Source of the DNA: Pseudomonadota bacterium
GTDB taxonomy: Bacteria > Pseudomonadota > Gammaproteobacteria > Acidithiobacillales > Acidithiobacillaceae
Assembly: GCA_021821885.1 (NCBI GenBank)
Contig: JAKARO010000002.1
Coordinates: 79,548-143,547, forward strand
Reading direction: 5' to 3'
Length of the DNA: 64,000 nucleotides
In this document: positions 18,852-29,328 of the stretch, piece after piece
Layout of the letters: each line of letters begins with the position of its first letter
How positions within the stretch are numbered: position 1 is the stretch's first letter
Notes under the pieces: generated by a model
What the model was told of the DNA's origin: nothing
Database searches by the model: none
What the model saw: only the letters and a program-made list of their open reading frames with translations
Made by a program: the position numbers and the translations under genes

Positions 18852-19595
18852 ATGGCCTTCCGTTGGGGTGACGAAATCCGTGCCATTCTTGAGCGTGATC
18901 CGGCAGCCCGCAACCGGCTGGAAATCCTGCTCACCTATCCCGGTCTTCATGCCGTCCTCTGCTACCGCGCTGCCCATGTGCTGTGGCGGCACGGCTGGCG
19001 CCTGCCTGCCAGGATCCTGTCGGCGTTTGCCCGCTGGGCAACCGGGATCGAGATCCATCCAGGAGCCCAGATCGGCGCTCGTTTCTTCATTGATCATGGC
19101 ATGGGAGTGGTGATTGGCGAAACCGCAGAGATCGGAGACGACTGCACCCTCTACCATGGGGTTACGTTGGGTGGAACCTCGTGGCAGCCTGGAAAGCGCC
19201 ATCCGACCTTGGGCCGCGGGGTGATCGTCGGGGCGGGGGCGAAGGTGCTGGGACCAATCCGGATCGGGGACAATGCCCGGATCGGGTCCAACGCCGTGGT
19301 GGTCAAGGATGTCCCGGGTTCGGCCACCGTGGTCGGGATCCCGGGGCGCGTGGTGAACAAGGGCGAGCACCAGGCCCACTTTGACGCTTATGGGCTCACC
19401 GGACAGATGCCAGATCCTGTGGCACGGGCCGTGGAGTGCATGCTCGAACACATGCAGCACCAGGACCAGGAAATCCTGGAGCTCCGGCGCATTGTCGGAG
19501 AACTGGGCTCCCGGGTTGTGGAAGTTCCCGTGGAACCGCTGTCCTGCAGTCTCGAAGGGCTGGATCCAGGTCCAGGGAACCCGCGCGAAAAATAG
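18852..19595 (+). CDS. cysE: serine O-acetyltransferase
   Basis: 247 aa with hexapeptide repeats: ...[44 protein letters not shown]... Confidence 0.95.
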   Translation: MAFRWGDEIRAILERDPAARNRLEILLTYPGLHAVLCYRAAHVLWRHGWRLPARILSAFARWATGIEIHPGAQIGARFFIDHGMGVVIGETAEIGDDCTLYHGVTLGGTSWQPGKRHPTLGRGVIVGAGAKVLGPIRIGDNARIGSNAVVVKDVPGSATVVGIPGRVVNKGEHQAHFDAYGLTGQMPDPVARAVECMLEHMQHQDQEILELRRIVGELGSRVVEVPVEPLSCSLEGLDPGPGNPREK

Positions 19596-19616
19596 TTGAC
19601 TAATTAAGTAGGAATA
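19592..19616 (+). promoter_or_regulatory. IscR type-1 operator overlapping the iscR promoter -35
   Basis: ATAGTTGACTAATTAAGTAGGAATA compared with the type-1 consensus ATASYYGACTRWWWYAGTCRRSTAT; most positions match. The embedded TTGACT (19596-19601) is followed by a GATATT-like -10 about 19 nt downstream. Confidence 0.5.
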
Positions 19617-19647
19617 GTACGATATTCCCCAGCTGCAAGGAGTGGGC

Positions 19648-20139
19648 ATGAAACTGACAACCAAGGGACGATATGCGGTAACGGCCATGCTGGATCTGGC
19701 CCTCCACGAAGGAGAGGGGGTGGTGACCGTGGCGGATATATCCCGGCGTCAGCAGATTTCGGTTGCCTACCTCGAACAGCTGTTTGGCCGTCTCCGCAGG
19801 CAGGGTCTTGTGGAAAGCGTCCGCGGTCCGGGCGGCGGTTACCGTCTCGGTACGGCCGGCGCTGGAATCCCGCTGACCCGGATTGTGGAGGCGGTCAACG
19901 AGTCCATCCATACCACGCAGTGTGGTGGGGACCCGGTGCAGTGCTGCAAGGGCGAGGGCCAGCACTGTCTGACCCACGACCTCTGGGAGGCCCTCGGGCA
20001 GCGGATTTCCGACTTTCTGGGAGGCATTACCCTGGCCGACCTGGTGGCCGAGCAGCGCCAGAAGGAGCATCAGCGGTCCACGGAAAGAATGCCGCTGCGG
20101 ATGGGCCAGCGGCAGGGTGAACGCCAGATACAGGGATAG
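19648..20139 (+). CDS. iscR: Fe-S cluster assembly transcriptional regulator IscR (Rrf2 family)
   Basis: ATG 19648 (AAGGAG 5 nt upstream): [19 protein letters not shown].... Cluster ligand region is C-x6-CC-x6-C-LTH. Confidence 0.95.
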   Translation: MKLTTKGRYAVTAMLDLALHEGEGVVTVADISRRQQISVAYLEQLFGRLRRQGLVESVRGPGGGYRLGTAGAGIPLTRIVEAVNESIHTTQCGGDPVQCCKGEGQHCLTHDLWEALGQRISDFLGGITLADLVAEQRQKEHQRSTERMPLRMGQRQGERQIQG

Positions 20140-20152
20140 GTGGGGAGAGCCG

Positions 20153-21418
20153 ATGAGTGAGGTAAAGGTACGGGAAGGAAATGCGGGGGCCCCTGCGCTG
20201 GTGATGCCGGAGAGGCCGATCTATCTGGACTATCAGGCGACCACTCCGGTGGATCCGCTGGTACTCGAGGAGATGCTGCCGTACCTGACCCGCGATTTCG
20301 GGAACCCGGCCAGCCGTTCCCATGTCTACGGGTGGTCAGCGGAACAGGCGGTGGAAAGGGCCAGACAGCAGGTGGCCGACGCCATTTCGGCCGACCCCCG
20401 GGAAATTGTCTGGACTTCAGGCGCTACCGAGGCAACCAATCTGGCACTGAAAGGGTCGGCCCACTTCTATTCCGGTCGGGGGCGGCATATTGTGACCCTG
20501 CGGACGGAGCACAAGGCGACTCTCGATACCTGCCGGCAGCTGGAGCGCGAAGGTTTTGAGGTTACATATGTGGAAGTCGGGGAAAACGGGCTGGTCAGTC
20601 CCGAAAGTTTTGCCGCGGCCCTGCGTCCGGATACCATCCTGGCCTCCGTGCTCTTCGTGAACAATGAGATCGGGGTGATCCAGCCCCTGGAGGAAATCGG
20701 GCAGCTGCTCCGGGAACGCAAGATCCTGTTCCATGTGGATGCGGTCCAGGCACTGGGCAAGATCCCGGTGGATGTCGAGGCTCTCCAGGCAGACCTCATG
20801 AGCCTGTCCGGGCACAAGATCTATGGACCCAAGGGCATTGGTGTCCTCTATGTGCGGCGCAAGCCGAGGGTCCGGGTGGAGGCCCAGATCCATGGCGGTG
20901 GCCACGAGCGCGGGATGCGATCCGGTACCCTGCCGACCCACCAGATTGTTGGCATGGGGGCGGCCTCCGAATTGGCCGTCCGCTCCATGGAAAGTGATGC
21001 GTGCCGGATCCGCCAGCTGCGGGACCGGCTGCTCCACGGAATCATGGGCCAGTTGGAAGAGGTGTATGTGAATGGCGACCTGGAGTGCCGTGTGCCCCAC
21101 AACCTGAACCTGAGCTTCGCGTTTGTGGAAGGGGAATCCCTGATCATGGCCCTCAAGGGTATCGCCGTATCCAGTGGTTCGGCCTGTACCTCGGCCAGTC
21201 TGGAGCCGTCCTACGTGCTCCGGGCCCTGGGCAAGCCGGACGAGCTGGCCCACAGTTCCATCCGCTTTGGTATTGGCCGTTACACGACCGAAGAGGAAAT
21301 TGACACCACCGTTGCCCTGGTGGTCAGCCGCGTGGCGAAGCTGCGGGAGCTTTCCCCGCTGTGGGAGATGCATCTGGAGGGAATTGATCTTGCTTCGGTG
21401 CAGTGGGCGGCACACTGA
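20153..21418 (+). CDS. iscS: cysteine desulfurase IscS
   Basis: ORF 20117..21418. Start ATG 20153 (GGGGAGAG SD) is preferred; ATG 20204 ([15 protein letters not shown]) is an alternative. Motifs [12 protein letters not shown] and [21 protein letters not shown] are present. Confidence 0.95.
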   Translation: MSEVKVREGNAGAPALVMPERPIYLDYQATTPVDPLVLEEMLPYLTRDFGNPASRSHVYGWSAEQAVERARQQVADAISADPREIVWTSGATEATNLALKGSAHFYSGRGRHIVTLRTEHKATLDTCRQLEREGFEVTYVEVGENGLVSPESFAAALRPDTILASVLFVNNEIGVIQPLEEIGQLLRERKILFHVDAVQALGKIPVDVEALQADLMSLSGHKIYGPKGIGVLYVRRKPRVRVEAQIHGGGHERGMRSGTLPTHQIVGMGAASELAVRSMESDACRIRQLRDRLLHGIMGQLEEVYVNGDLECRVPHNLNLSFAFVEGESLIMALKGIAVSSGSACTSASLEPSYVLRALGKPDELAHSSIRFGIGRYTTEEEIDTTVALVVSRVAKLRELSPLWEMHLEGIDLASVQWAAH

Positions 21419-21445
21419 CCTGGAATTCGGGAAAAGGAGACTGTC

Positions 21446-21856
21446 ATGGCTTATAGTGAAAAAGTGATTGACCATTATGAAAATCCGCGCAATGTCGGAA
21501 GTTTTTCCAAGGCCGAGGCGGGCGTCGGGACGGGAATGGTCGGAGCTCCGGCCTGTGGCGACGTTATGCGTCTGCAGATCAAGGTGAACGGGCAGGGCAT
21601 TATTGAGGATGCCCGCTTCAAGACCTATGGCTGTGGCTCTGCCATTGCCTCGAGTTCCCTCGTGACCGAATGGGTAAAGGGCAAGACCCTGGATGAGGCC
21701 CTCTCGATCCGGAACAGCCAGATTGCTGAGGAACTGGAACTCCCTCCGGTGAAAATCCATTGTTCGGTGTTGGCCGAGGATGCTATCAAGGCAGCGGTCC
21801 AGGACTATCTGGCCCACCGGGAAGATGGGTCCTCCGCTCCGTCGGACGGGCAGTGA
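21446..21856 (+). CDS. iscU: Fe-S cluster assembly scaffold IscU
   Basis: [18 protein letters not shown]...GAPACGDVM...[11 protein letters not shown]...[16 protein letters not shown]. Confidence 0.97.
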   Translation: MAYSEKVIDHYENPRNVGSFSKAEAGVGTGMVGAPACGDVMRLQIKVNGQGIIEDARFKTYGCGSAIASSSLVTEWVKGKTLDEALSIRNSQIAEELELPPVKIHCSVLAEDAIKAAVQDYLAHREDGSSAPSDGQ

Positions 21857-21866
21857 GGGGGCAGCC

Positions 21867-22190
21867 ATGGCCCTGACACTGACCGAAAGGGCGGCACGGC
21901 AGATACGCTCCAGCCTGGACCGTCGTGGCCGGGGGCAGGGCATCCGGATTGGGGTCCGGACCAGCGGCTGCTCCGGCCTCTCCTATGTCATGGAATTTGT
22001 GGACGAGCCTGGTCCAGAGGACAGGGTGTTCAGCCAGAATGGCGTGCAGGTGTTTGTGGATCTGAAAAGCCTCCTGTACCTGGAGGGCACGGAACTGGAT
22101 TTTACCCGCGAAGGCCTGAACGAGGGATTCCGTTTCAACAATCCCAATGTCAAGGATACCTGTGGCTGCGGCGAAAGTTTTACCGTGTAG
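21867..22190 (+). CDS. iscA: Fe-S cluster insertion protein IscA
   Basis: ORF 21780..22190 trimmed to ATG 21867 (GAGGGGG SD). ...[12 protein letters not shown]...CGCGESF(TV) C-terminal motif present. Confidence 0.95.
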   Translation: MALTLTERAARQIRSSLDRRGRGQGIRIGVRTSGCSGLSYVMEFVDEPGPEDRVFSQNGVQVFVDLKSLLYLEGTELDFTREGLNEGFRFNNPNVKDTCGCGESFTV

Positions 22191-22192
22191 GG

Positions 22193-22819
22193 ATGATGGC
22201 CGGACCAACCTGTGAGCAGTGTGGGGCAAGGCTGGAAAATTCTCTGGCCGTATGTCCTTCCTGCCACGCGCTGCAGCCCTTTGACCCTTCTCTCTCCTTT
22301 TTCGCCGTGCTGGGTGTGGCGGAAGACTTCTGTCTGGACCCGAAGGCCCTGCGGGACCGGGCACTGAACCTGCAGCAGGCCCTCCATCCCGACCGTTTCG
22401 CGGCAGCCGCGGGCGGTCTGCGCCGCCGTTCCCTTGAATGGAGCACCCGGGTCAATGAGGCCCTTGCCGTGCTGGGCGATCCGCTCCGCCGTGGGGGATA
22501 TCTGTTTCAGGAGCGGTTTGGCTCAGTTCCGCCCGGAGAAGACCAGGGGACCATCCGTGATCCGGAACTTCTGCTCCGCCAGATGGAATGCCGGGAGCGG
22601 CTTGAGGAAGCCGTGTCGGGCCGGGACCGGGAGATGCTGGATGGGCTGCGGGCGGAGGTCCTGGCCGGAGAACGCCATCTGGAGGCCTTCCTGGCCAGTG
22701 CTTTTGCCGGTCCGGAGGAAAACCAGGCCGGGATCGGCCGGGCCCTGCTGGAATGGCAGTACCTGCGCCGGCTCCGGACCGAGATCGACCGTTACGAGGA
22801 CCAGTGGGATTTCGCCTGA
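22193..22819 (+). CDS. hscB: co-chaperone HscB with an extra N-terminal CxxC-x10-CxxC module
   Basis: J-domain (FFAVLGV...LHPDRF) plus the C-terminal helical domain. The N-terminus MMAGPTCEQCGARLENSLAVCPSCHALQ carries four Cys. Confidence 0.9.
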   Translation: MMAGPTCEQCGARLENSLAVCPSCHALQPFDPSLSFFAVLGVAEDFCLDPKALRDRALNLQQALHPDRFAAAAGGLRRRSLEWSTRVNEALAVLGDPLRRGGYLFQERFGSVPPGEDQGTIRDPELLLRQMECRERLEEAVSGRDREMLDGLRAEVLAGERHLEAFLASAFAGPEENQAGIGRALLEWQYLRRLRTEIDRYEDQWDFA

Positions 22820-22857
22820 GCCGGTACGATCCGGACTGCAAGGAGTAATGAACGAAC

Positions 22858-24723
22858 ATGGCACTGATGCAGATTGCCGAACCTGGCATGTCCACCGCTC
22901 CGCACGGGCACCGGCGGGTTGCCGGCATTGATCTGGGCACCACACATTCCCTGGTGGCGGCCGTACGCTCTGCCATACCGGAGGTGATCGCCGCCGCGGA
23001 TGGCCAGTATCTGCTTCCGTCCGTGGTCCACTATGCCCCGGGGGGGCAGGTTGAAGTGGGCCATGGCGCCCGGGCCCGGGCTATCCGGGATCCCCACAAC
23101 ACCATTGCTTCCGTCAAGCGTCTCATGGGACGGGGAGCTGGAGAGGTCGTAACCCTCGCCGGCCATCTGCCCTATGTACTGGTCCCGGGAGAGGGTATGG
23201 TCCGCCTGGAAACCGCCGCTGGCCCCCGGACGCCCGTCGAAGTTTCGGCCGAGATCCTGCGGATACTGGGCGCGCGCGCCCGCGAAGCTCTCGGTGGAGA
23301 ACTGGACGGGGTCGTGATTACAGTCCCGGCCTACTTTGACGATGCCCAGCGCCAGGCCACCAAGGATGCAGCCCGGCTGGCAGGACTCACGGTACTGCGC
23401 CTGCTTGCCGAGCCCACCGCCGCTGCCGTGGCGTATGGCCTCGACCGGGAAGCGGAAGGAATCTACGCCATCTACGATCTTGGGGGCGGAACCTTCGATT
23501 TTTCCCTGCTCCGCCTGGAAAAGGGCGTTTTCGAGGTGCTCGCCACGGCCGGTGATGCTGCCCTCGGCGGGGACGACATGGACCACGCCATTGCCGAAAA
23601 GATTCTCGCCGAATTCCCGGACGCGCAGGCCGGGCCTTCCTGGCGCCGCCAGGTCCTTCAGCAGGCGCGGCAGATCAAGGAAGACCTGAGCACTGCCACG
23701 TCTGCGGACACCCTTCTTGAACTGCCTGGCGGGGAAACCCGTTGCTGGGGGCTGGAACGGGCGCGTCTTGAGGAATGGGTCCGTCCGGTCATCCAGCGGA
23801 CTTTTGCCTCCTGCCGCCGGGCCCTGCGGGATGCGGGGCTTGGCACGGAGGATGTCCAGGGGGTGGTGCTGGTGGGCGGAGCAACCCGGGTACCCCTTCT
23901 GCGCCAGATGGTGGGGGATTTTTTTCACAGGGAACCGCTCACCGATATTGATCCGGATCAGGTGGTGGCACTGGGGGCGGCCATCCAGGCTGATGCCCTG
24001 GCCGGAAACCAGCGCGAAGGCCTGCTGCTGATGGACGTCCTCCCGCTGTCCTTGGGGCTGGAAACCATGGGTGGGCTGGTGGAAAGGATTATTCCCAGAA
24101 ATACTCCCATCCCGATTGCCCGCGCCCAGGAGTTTACCACCTTCCGGGATGGCCAGACGGCCATGTCCGTCCATGTGCTCCAGGGAGAGCGGGACCGGGT
24201 GGAGGACAACCGCTCCCTGGCCCGTTTCAGCCTGCGGGGCATACCTCCCATGGTTGCTGGTGCGGCGCGGATCCGGGTGACCTTCCAGGTGGATGCGGAT
24301 GGTCTTCTTTCCGCAAGCGCCGAGGAAACCGGTACGGGGATCCGGGCAGAAGTGCAGGTCCGGCCCTCCTACGGACTGGAGGATGCCGATATAGCGCGGA
24401 TGCTGCAGGACGCCCTGCAGCATGGGGAGGAAGATGTGGGCCACCGGCGGCTCGCCGAAGCCCGGGTCGAGGCACAGCGGGTTCTGGAGGCCCTGGACAG
24501 TGCCCTGGCCGGCGATGCCGAACTTCTCGGGAAAGACGAACTGGACAGGATCCTGCAGGCGCGCCTGCGCCTGCAGGAAAATCTGGAGGGAGACAGCCCT
24601 AATGCCATGTCGGCTGCGGCGGAGGCCGTAGAAAAGGCGGCGGAAGTCCTGGTGGAACAGCGCATGAACCGGGCTGTCCGCAAGGCTGTAGCCGGACATT
24701 CGGTTGAGGAATGGAAGGACTGA
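22858..24723 (+). CDS. hscA: Fe-S protein assembly chaperone HscA (Hsp70 family)
   Basis: 621 aa: ...[14 protein letters not shown]...[20 protein letters not shown]...DLGGGTFD... Confidence 0.97.
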   Translation: MALMQIAEPGMSTAPHGHRRVAGIDLGTTHSLVAAVRSAIPEVIAAADGQYLLPSVVHYAPGGQVEVGHGARARAIRDPHNTIASVKRLMGRGAGEVVTLAGHLPYVLVPGEGMVRLETAAGPRTPVEVSAEILRILGARAREALGGELDGVVITVPAYFDDAQRQATKDAARLAGLTVLRLLAEPTAAAVAYGLDREAEGIYAIYDLGGGTFDFSLLRLEKGVFEVLATAGDAALGGDDMDHAIAEKILAEFPDAQAGPSWRRQVLQQARQIKEDLSTATSADTLLELPGGETRCWGLERARLEEWVRPVIQRTFASCRRALRDAGLGTEDVQGVVLVGGATRVPLLRQMVGDFFHREPLTDIDPDQVVALGAAIQADALAGNQREGLLLMDVLPLSLGLETMGGLVERIIPRNTPIPIARAQEFTTFRDGQTAMSVHVLQGERDRVEDNRSLARFSLRGIPPMVAGAARIRVTFQVDADGLLSASAEETGTGIRAEVQVRPSYGLEDADIARMLQDALQHGEEDVGHRRLAEARVEAQRVLEALDSALAGDAELLGKDELDRILQARLRLQENLEGDSPNAMSAAAEAVEKAAEVLVEQRMNRAVRKAVAGHSVEEWKD

Positions 24724-25061
24724 TGGCCAGAATCCGCATATTGCCCCACCAGGAAATCTGCCCGCAGGGCGCCGATTTTGAGGCAGAGCCCGGGGAGACC
24801 ATTATTGCAGCCGCCCTTCGGAATGGGGTGGCCATTGAGCACGCCTGTGAAATGTCCTGTGCGTGCACCACCTGCCATGTGGTCCTGCGGGAAGGTTTTG
24901 GCAGCCTCGCGCCGGCGGAGGAAAAAGAGGAGGATCTCCTCGACCGCGCCTGGGGCCTGGAACCTACGTCACGACTCAGCTGCCAGGCCCAGGTTCGGGA
25001 TACCGATCTCGTCGTGGAGATTCCAAAGTACACCATCAACCTGGAAAAGGAGCGGCACTGA
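24723..25061 (+). CDS. fdx: ISC-type [2Fe-2S] ferredoxin
   Basis: ATG 24723 overlaps the hscA stop (TGATG; AAGGA SD). Motifs C-x5-C-x2-C (CEMSCACTTCH) and ...LSCQ... are present. Confidence 0.93.
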   Translation: MARIRILPHQEICPQGADFEAEPGETIIAAALRNGVAIEHACEMSCACTTCHVVLREGFGSLAPAEEKEEDLLDRAWGLEPTSRLSCQAQVRDTDLVVEIPKYTINLEKERH

Positions 25062-25255
25062 TGCGCTGGACGGATACGCAGGAAATTGCCCTGGCGCTGG
25101 AGGAGCATCATTCCGGTTGTGATGTCGCCCATCTGCGTTTTACCGATCTGTACCGATGGATTCTGGATCTTCCCGGTTTCCGGGACGACCCGGAAAAGTC
25201 CAGTGAGCGCATCCTGGAAGCCATCCAGATGGCCTGGCTTGCTGAGCGGGACTAG
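25061..25255 (+). CDS. iscX: Fe-S assembly protein IscX (YfhJ)
   Basis: ATG 25061 overlaps the fdx stop (TGATG). MRWTDTQEIALALEEHH...DLPGF.DDP..S.E.ILEAIQMAW; 64 aa. Confidence 0.88.
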   Translation: MRWTDTQEIALALEEHHSGCDVAHLRFTDLYRWILDLPGFRDDPEKSSERILEAIQMAWLAERD

Positions 25256-25273
25256 CCGGGGCAGGGAAGGATC

Positions 25274-26344
25274 ATGGCCAAAGCTGTTGTTGCCCTGTCT
25301 GGAGGGGTCGATTCCGCCGTAGCGGCGGCCCTCCTCCAGGAAGAGGGCCTGGAACTCATGGGGGTCACACTCCGTCTGTGGCCACAGAGCCGCTGCTGCG
25401 ACGAAAAGGACATCGAGGATGCCGCAGATCTCTGCGTCCGGCTGGGAATTCCCTACCAGGTCCTTGATTACCGTGAGCGTTTCCGGGAGATGGTGGTGGA
25501 TCCATTTATCGCCGGATATGCGGCCGGCCAGACACCCAACCCCTGCGCCCGCTGCAACCAGCTACTCAAGTTTGATGCTCTCTGGCAGGAAGCCCGGACC
25601 ATGGGGGCAGACATCCTCGCGACCGGCCATTACGCGAGGCTTGGGTACAGGAACGGTGCACCCGTCCTCCTGCGGGGAGTGGACCGGCGCAAGGACCAGT
25701 CCTATTTCCTGTTCGGGGTGTCCCGGGAAGTTCTTTCCCATCTTCGGTTTCCGGTTGGAGAAATGGACAAGGAGACTGTGCGTGGACTTGCCCGGAAGCT
25801 GGGCCTGCCCCTGGCCGGGAAATCCGATTCCCAGGACATCTGCTTCGTTCCGGGCGGGGATTACCGGGCCTTTCTCAAGGAGCAGGGAAGCGGCACCGGA
25901 GCCCTTCCCGGCGATATTGTCCGCGCGGATGGGGAAACTGTCGGCCGGCATAACGGCATTGCCGGCTATACGGTGGGGCAGAGGCGGGGGCTTGGCGGAG
26001 GAAGCGGAGAACCCCTCTATGTGGTGGCCCTGGATCCGGACCGCAATGAGGTCCGGGTGGGGCCAGCCACGGCCCTGTTCCAGGACCGTGTCCCCCTGCA
26101 CGGCTGCCGCTGGCTGGTCCCTGGCTGGGATGCCGGTGCCTCCGGTTCCCACGCCGTCCAGGTGAAGCTCCGTTATACGGCCCCTCTGGCCGCTGCCAGA
26201 CTGCATCTTCTTCCGGAAGGGCGGGGAGAACTGATTCTGGAGGAACCCCAGCGGGCTGTAACCCCTGGTCAGGCCGCGGTCTGCTACGATGGCGACCGGC
26301 TGCTTGGCGGCGGATGGATCACCCCTGCTGGCGATGGGGCGTAA
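25274..26344 (+). CDS. mnmA: tRNA 2-thiouridine(34) synthase MnmA
   Basis: VVALSGGVDSAVAA (PP-loop), ...TPNPCARCN..LKF...ATGHYAR..., ...KDQSYFL... Confidence 0.95.
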   Translation: MAKAVVALSGGVDSAVAAALLQEEGLELMGVTLRLWPQSRCCDEKDIEDAADLCVRLGIPYQVLDYRERFREMVVDPFIAGYAAGQTPNPCARCNQLLKFDALWQEARTMGADILATGHYARLGYRNGAPVLLRGVDRRKDQSYFLFGVSREVLSHLRFPVGEMDKETVRGLARKLGLPLAGKSDSQDICFVPGGDYRAFLKEQGSGTGALPGDIVRADGETVGRHNGIAGYTVGQRRGLGGGSGEPLYVVALDPDRNEVRVGPATALFQDRVPLHGCRWLVPGWDAGASGSHAVQVKLRYTAPLAAARLHLLPEGRGELILEEPQRAVTPGQAAVCYDGDRLLGGGWITPAGDGA

Positions 26345-26404
26345 CAGGCGCTTGGCAGATGGGGCCCGGGTAGGAGAGAATGGTCCTGAACAGGAGCGGG
26401 AGCG

Positions 26405-27151
26405 ATGGCCGGAATGCAGGACGAGCAGAATTCCTATCGTATTCTGGTGGTGGAGGACGAGGAGGGCATCCGGGAGCTGCTCCGTCTGACCCTGGAGAAG
26501 CAGGGACATGAGGTGACCACCGCCGCCAGTGTGGAAGCGGCAGAGGCGGTTCTGCAGGCCGGCATGCCCCATCTCCTGATTCTCGACTGGATGCTGCCCG
26601 GGGAAAGCGGAGTGGCCTGGTGCCGCAGTCTGCGCCGGCGAGAGAGCCTGCGGACCCTGCCCATTATCCTCCTGACCGCACGCGGCGAGGAGGGGGATCG
26701 GGTGCACGGCCTGGAGTCCGGGGCCGATGACTATATGGCCAAACCGTTTTCTCCCCGGGAACTGGTCGCGAGAGTCCAGGCGCTGCTGCGCCGTAGCCAC
26801 GGTGAGCTGATGCCGAGCCGTCTTCAGGTGGGCGACCTTCATGTCGATCTCCGTGCCCACCGGGTCACGGTCGGGGACCGCCCGCTAAGCCTGGGTCCCA
26901 CGGAATTCCGCCTGCTCCGGGTATTTGTCTCCAATCCCGACCGTGTCTACTCCCGGGAGGCCCTGCTGGACCTGGTCTGGGGGAGGCAGGCCTATGTGGA
27001 AGAACGGACGGTGGATGTCCATATCCGCCGCCTCCGCCGCTCTCTCGAAACCGTCGGGTACGCAGACATCATCGAAACGGTACGGGGAGAGGGATACCGG
27101 TGCAATCCTGCGGCCTGCAGAATTCCGCGCTCGGGTAGCGGGGAGGCGTGA
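26405..27151 (+). CDS. phoB: phosphate regulon response regulator PhoB
   Basis: REC plus winged-helix OmpR-type domains: RILVVEDEEGIRELL...DWMLPG.SG...GADDY..KPFSPREL..R......LGPTEFRLL...RVYSRE.LL..VWG....VEERTVDVHIRRLR. Confidence 0.9.
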   Translation: MAGMQDEQNSYRILVVEDEEGIRELLRLTLEKQGHEVTTAASVEAAEAVLQAGMPHLLILDWMLPGESGVAWCRSLRRRESLRTLPIILLTARGEEGDRVHGLESGADDYMAKPFSPRELVARVQALLRRSHGELMPSRLQVGDLHVDLRAHRVTVGDRPLSLGPTEFRLLRVFVSNPDRVYSREALLDLVWGRQAYVEERTVDVHIRRLRRSLETVGYADIIETVRGEGYRCNPAACRIPRSGSGEA

Positions 27152-28500
27152 ACCTTTTTCGGGCATGGATTCCTGCCCTTGTTCCGCTGGCGCTGTTTGC
27201 GGTTTGGGGCACCCTGTGGGAAACACGGTCCTCTCTGCTGGTTCCCGCAGGCGCAGCGATGGGCCTGATGTCGATCTGGGTTGGCTGGCACCGCCAGGAG
27301 GCCCTGCGCTTCCGCAGCTGGTTCAGGGAAAAGCGGACGCGCATGCCCCCCCTGAGCCACGGAATCTGGGAGGAAACTTTTGCCGAGGGCTATCACTGGC
27401 GGAGACACCAGGAAATCCAGAGGCAGCAGCTGAATGCCCAGGTGGGCCAGCTGCAGGACGCCCTGCAGGCCCTCCCGGACGCCCTGCTGCTCATGGACCG
27501 GGAGGGCCGGCTGCTGTGGGTCAATCCGGCTGCCGTGCGTCTTCTCCACCTTCACTGGCCAGAGGACTCCGGAACACCGCTCTCGTTCTGGCTCAGAATG
27601 CCCGGCGTCCGTGCCTTTCTGGCCGGAGACGGCCCGGCAGCGATTACCCTTTCCCTTCCGGATGGAGACGCCAGGGTGGTGGAGGGCCTGCGGTACCCGC
27701 TGGATGGGGCTGGGGTTCTGGTGCTGTTCCGGGATGTGACCCGCCTGCGACAGCTGGAACAGGTGCGCCAGGACTTTGTGGCCAACGTGTCCCATGAACT
27801 CCGCAGTCCCCTGACGGTCATCCTCGGGTTTCTGGAAAATCTGCTGGACGGCCCCCTGGGAGAAGACCTGGAGGCCGGCCCGCAGCTCCGTCTGATGGAA
27901 GCGGAGGGCCGACGGATGCAGTCGCTGGTGGAAGATCTGCTTTCCCTTGCCCGGATGGAGTCGGCGGATCCGGATCCGGAACGCTGCGAGATGGTTCCGG
28001 TTGGCCGGGTGATCGAAACAGCGCGGGAATCCCTGGCGGGGCAGATTGCCGAAAAAAACCTCCGGTTCCGTCTGGACGTGGATGGGGAGCTGGCCATTTT
28101 CATGGAACCGCTCGATCTGCGCAGCATCGTCCAGAACCTGATGGAAAACGCCGTCAAGTATGTTCCTCCAGGACGCGACATTGCGGTCTTCTGGGGTCGG
28201 GATGACCGGGGGCTGCTGTTCCGGGTGGCGGATACGGGCGAAGGGATTGCTCCCGAACACCTGCAGCGGATCACCGAGCGGTTTTACCGCGTGGACCGGG
28301 GACGTTCGCGGAGGATGGGCGGGACCGGGCTGGGGCTTTCCATTGTCCGCCATGCTGCCGAGCGCTATGGCGGACAGCTGCAGATCCAGAGCGATCCCGG
28401 CCAGGGGTCCCGTTTCCAGGTGTGGTTTCCTCCGCAGCTGGAAGGTCATGCGTCCCTGGTCCCGGCGGCTGGCCGGTCCCAGACCGCCAGAGTGTCATAA
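27148..28500 (+). CDS. phoR: phosphate regulon sensor histidine kinase PhoR
   Basis: GTG 27148 overlaps the phoB stop. Two N-terminal TM segments, a PAS-like region ([22 protein letters not shown]), the H-box [14 protein letters not shown], and N/G boxes ([21 protein letters not shown]). Confidence 0.9.
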   Translation: MNLFRAWIPALVPLALFAVWGTLWETRSSLLVPAGAAMGLMSIWVGWHRQEALRFRSWFREKRTRMPPLSHGIWEETFAEGYHWRRHQEIQRQQLNAQVGQLQDALQALPDALLLMDREGRLLWVNPAAVRLLHLHWPEDSGTPLSFWLRMPGVRAFLAGDGPAAITLSLPDGDARVVEGLRYPLDGAGVLVLFRDVTRLRQLEQVRQDFVANVSHELRSPLTVILGFLENLLDGPLGEDLEAGPQLRLMEAEGRRMQSLVEDLLSLARMESADPDPERCEMVPVGRVIETARESLAGQIAEKNLRFRLDVDGELAIFMEPLDLRSIVQNLMENAVKYVPPGRDIAVFWGRDDRGLLFRVADTGEGIAPEHLQRITERFYRVDRGRSRRMGGTGLGLSIVRHAAERYGGQLQIQSDPGQGSRFQVWFPPQLEGHASLVPAAGRSQTARVS

Positions 28501-28535
28501 ACTATGGAATGTCGAAGGAAAGGAGTTACCCCCCA

Positions 28536-29318
28536 ATGGAGCAGTCTCCTGTGACGGAGGACCAGACCAGCAAGATCTCGGTCCGCGGTCTGGATTTTTT
28601 CTACGGCCAGACACGGGCCCTGAAGGACATCAATCTGGAGCTTTTGGGCAACCAGGTGACAGCCTTTATCGGCCCGTCCGGGTGTGGCAAGTCCACCCTG
28701 CTGCGGGTGTTCAACCGCATGTATTCCCTGTACCCGGGACAGAAGGCTACTGGAGAGGTCATCCTTGACGGGGAAAATATCCTTTCGCCCGCAACCAACG
28801 TCAACCAGCTGCGGGCGAAGGTGGGTATGGTGTTCCAGAAACCCACACCTTTTCCCATGTCCATCTATGAGAACGTTGCCTTCGGTATCCGCCTGTACGA
28901 GAAGCTGCGCAAGGTGGAGATGGATGAAAGGGTGGAACAGGCACTGCGCAAGGCGGCCCTCTGGGATGAGGTGAAGGACAGCCTGCGCAAAAGTGGACTG
29001 AGCCTGTCGGGTGGCCAGCAGCAGCGTCTGTGCATTGCCCGTGCAGTTGCTGTGCGCCCCGAGGTCATCCTGCTGGATGAACCTACCTCGGCCCTGGATC
29101 CCATTGCTACCCTCAAGATCGAGGAACTCGTCAGCGAGCTGAGCCAGCAGTTTACGCTGCTGGTGGTGACCCACAACATGCAGCAGGCGGCACGCATGTC
29201 CGACTATACGGCGTTCATGTACCTTGGGGAGATGGTGGAATACGGTCCGACCCAGCAGCTGTTTACCAACCCCAGGCAGAAACAGACTGAAGACTACATC
29301 ACTGGCCGCTACGGCTAA
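28536..29318 (+). CDS. pstB: phosphate ABC transporter ATP-binding protein PstB
   Basis: ORF 28422..29318 trimmed to ATG 28536 (GAAGGAAAGGAG SD). Motifs [29 protein letters not shown] and the C-terminus ...[10 protein letters not shown] are present. Confidence 0.93.
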   Translation: MEQSPVTEDQTSKISVRGLDFFYGQTRALKDINLELLGNQVTAFIGPSGCGKSTLLRVFNRMYSLYPGQKATGEVILDGENILSPATNVNQLRAKVGMVFQKPTPFPMSIYENVAFGIRLYEKLRKVEMDERVEQALRKAALWDEVKDSLRKSGLSLSGGQQQRLCIARAVAVRPEVILLDEPTSALDPIATLKIEELVSELSQQFTLLVVTHNMQQAARMSDYTAFMYLGEMVEYGPTQQLFTNPRQKQTEDYITGRYG

Positions 29319-29328
29319 GGAGTCCGAG

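Noticed and set aside
18009-19688. One of many very long antisense ORFs. Others include 5164..6519, 8778..9566, 9853..10824, 11565..13076, 17084..17998, 20417..21943, 25562..26860, 26992..28449, 28446..29843, 29909..31207, 32349..33551, 34716..36107, 39689..41269, 42200..43339, 48341..51550 (three ORFs), 52827..53882, 54263..55786, 55992..56888, 58204..59910 and 62443..63537.
   Set aside because: Each is opposite a strongly conserved gene and has Arg/Pro/Gly-rich composition with no recognisable domain and no SD. This is what high GC and RNY codon bias suppressing antisense stops would produce.
22792-24699. 635-aa ORF antisense to hscA
   Set aside because: It lies exactly opposite a full-length, highly conserved Hsp70-family gene, and its sequence is low-complexity (G/P/R/A-rich). 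Long antisense ORFs opposite hsp70-type genes are a known codon-bias artefact and are sometimes mis-annotated as NAD-glutamate dehydrogenase.
28492-28498. GTGTCAT + AAAC across the phoR stop, resembling the first half of a Pho box (CTGTCAT-N4-CTGTCAT)
   Set aside because: The second heptamer (TATGGAA) does not match, so a single half-site is not sufficient evidence.
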